Shown here piece by piece: positions 62,501-63,744 of a stretch of DNA of 63,744 bases. The stretch lies in NCBI RefSeq assembly GCF_035084215.1, contig NW_027139962.1, forward strand, positions 257 to 64,000, given 5' to 3'. Every line of letters starts with the position of its first letter. Position 1 is the stretch's first letter. The notes beneath the pieces were generated by a model that had not been told where the DNA came from, made no database searches, and was given only the letters and a program-made list of their open reading frames with translations. This DNA is from Heptranchias perlo (Eukaryota). Made by a program: the position numbers and the translations under genes.

Positions 62501-63610
62501 AGAGGGTAGTAGGTCTGTGGAATTTTCTGCCCCAGGAAGCTGTGGAAGCTACATCATTAAATAAATTTAAAACAGAAATAGACCGTTTCCTAGAAGTAAA
62601 GGGAATTAGGGGTTATGGGGAGCAGGCAGGAAATTGGACATGAATTTAGATTTGAGGTTAGGATCAGATCAGCCATGATCTTATTAAATGGCGGAGCAGG
62701 CTCGAGGGGCCGATTGGCCTACTCCTGCTCCTATTTCTTATGTTCTTATGTACTTAAAAGGCTGCTGCGAAAATGGGTGCTGCTGCCAAAGTGGTTGTTG
62801 CTGCTACTTAAAAGGGCTGCTGCTACTTTAAAGGGCTGCGGCGGAACGCCTGCTACTTAAAGGCGTTGCTACTTAAGTGGCTTCAGACACAACTTGAAGG
62901 GCTGCAGCTGCTCCGTAAGTGGCTGCTGCTGCCGCCAAAGTGGTGCTGCTGCTACTTAAAGGCCGCAGACACTAAAAAGGCTGCAGCTGCTAAAGTAGTG
63001 GTGCTGCTGCTACTTAAAGGGCTGCTGCGGATAGCCTGCTACGTAAGTAGCTGCTGCTGCTACTTAAAGGGCTGCAGACACTACTTAAAATGCTGCAGCT
63101 GCTATGTAAGTGGCTGCAGCTGAAGTGGTGCTGCTACTACTTAAAGGGCTGCTGCATAACGCGTGCTACTTAAGTGGCTGCAGACACCACTTAAAAGGCT
63201 GCAGCTGCTAAAGTGGTGCTGCAGCAACTTAAGTATCAGGCATTCTGCAGCAGCCCTTTAAGTGGCTGCAGACACTACTTAAAAGGCTGCAGCTAAGGTG
63301 GTGCTGCTGCTACTGAAAGGGCTGCTGCGGAACGGCTGCCACTTAAAGGGGTTGCTACTTAAGTGGCTGCTGCCGCTACCTAAGGGGCTGCTGCTGCGGC
63401 TTCTTAAAGGGCTACTGCTGCTGCTATTTAAAGGGCTGTTGCTGCTACGAAAGCGGCTGCTGCTGCGGCTTCTTAAAGGGGTTGTTGCTGCTACTTAAGT
63501 GGCTGCTGCGGCTTCTTAAAGGGGTTGTTGCCGCTACTTAAGGGGCCGCTGCTTCTACTACTTAAGGGGCTGCTGCTGCTACTTAAGGGGCTGCTGCTGC
63601 TGATTTGCTG
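59530..63610. repeat. Degenerate CTG-rich ~33-36 bp tandem array, interrupted by a CR1
   Basis: Unit approx. GCTGCTGCTACTTTAAAGGGCTGCTGCCAAAGTGGT. Confidence 0.9.
61203..62752 (+). mobile_element. 5'-truncated CR1 LINE (RT region, frameshifted)
   Basis: DWKTANVTPLFKKG, QHGF, LDFQKAFDKVPH, QGSVLGP, KFADD; TTCTTATG tail repeats. Confidence 0.92.
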
Positions 63611-63744
63611 CCAGCAACTCTCACGGTTGCTGGGAGGGGGAGGGGGAGCTGTGTGGAGAAAAACACGAAACACTGCAAGGTTTGGGGTCAATTTAGACCC
63701 AGTGTTCTGGGAAATGTGTTTTTCTTTTTGGAGGGAGGGAATCA

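Overview
Eukaryotic, GC- and repeat-rich vertebrate genomic DNA with five N-gaps. The SINE/LINE families look like those of cartilaginous fish (inference). Three intron-containing genes can be read exon by exon: the last four exons of FBXL19 (+, 4873-9438), the first four exons of KAT8/MOF (-, 25052-31707) and a complete 11-coding-exon BCKDK (+, 32961-51320, 414 aa). KAT8 and BCKDK are head-to-head across a ~1.25 kb CpG island built from six copies of a CRE-containing module. A further CpG-island promoter with a cluster of ACTACANNTCCC motifs and a probable first exon lies at ~58.4-59.4 kb, and an orphan CpG island lies at 22.2-23.4 kb. The rest is Deu-domain SINEs, a second tRNA-derived SINE, CR1/L2-group LINE and Penelope fragments, and many minisatellite arrays. 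Several arrays are visibly amplified from short pieces of those retroposons, including a tandem tRNA anticodon-arm unit. Single-base frameshifts in FBXL19 and KAT8 and the missing KAT8 3' half are most likely assembly problems. Almost all long ORFs in the supplied track are repeat artefacts. I found no convincing novel coding system; the main candidate novelties are non-coding and repeat-architectural. Exon boundaries were read by hand; repeat boundaries and copy numbers are approximate.
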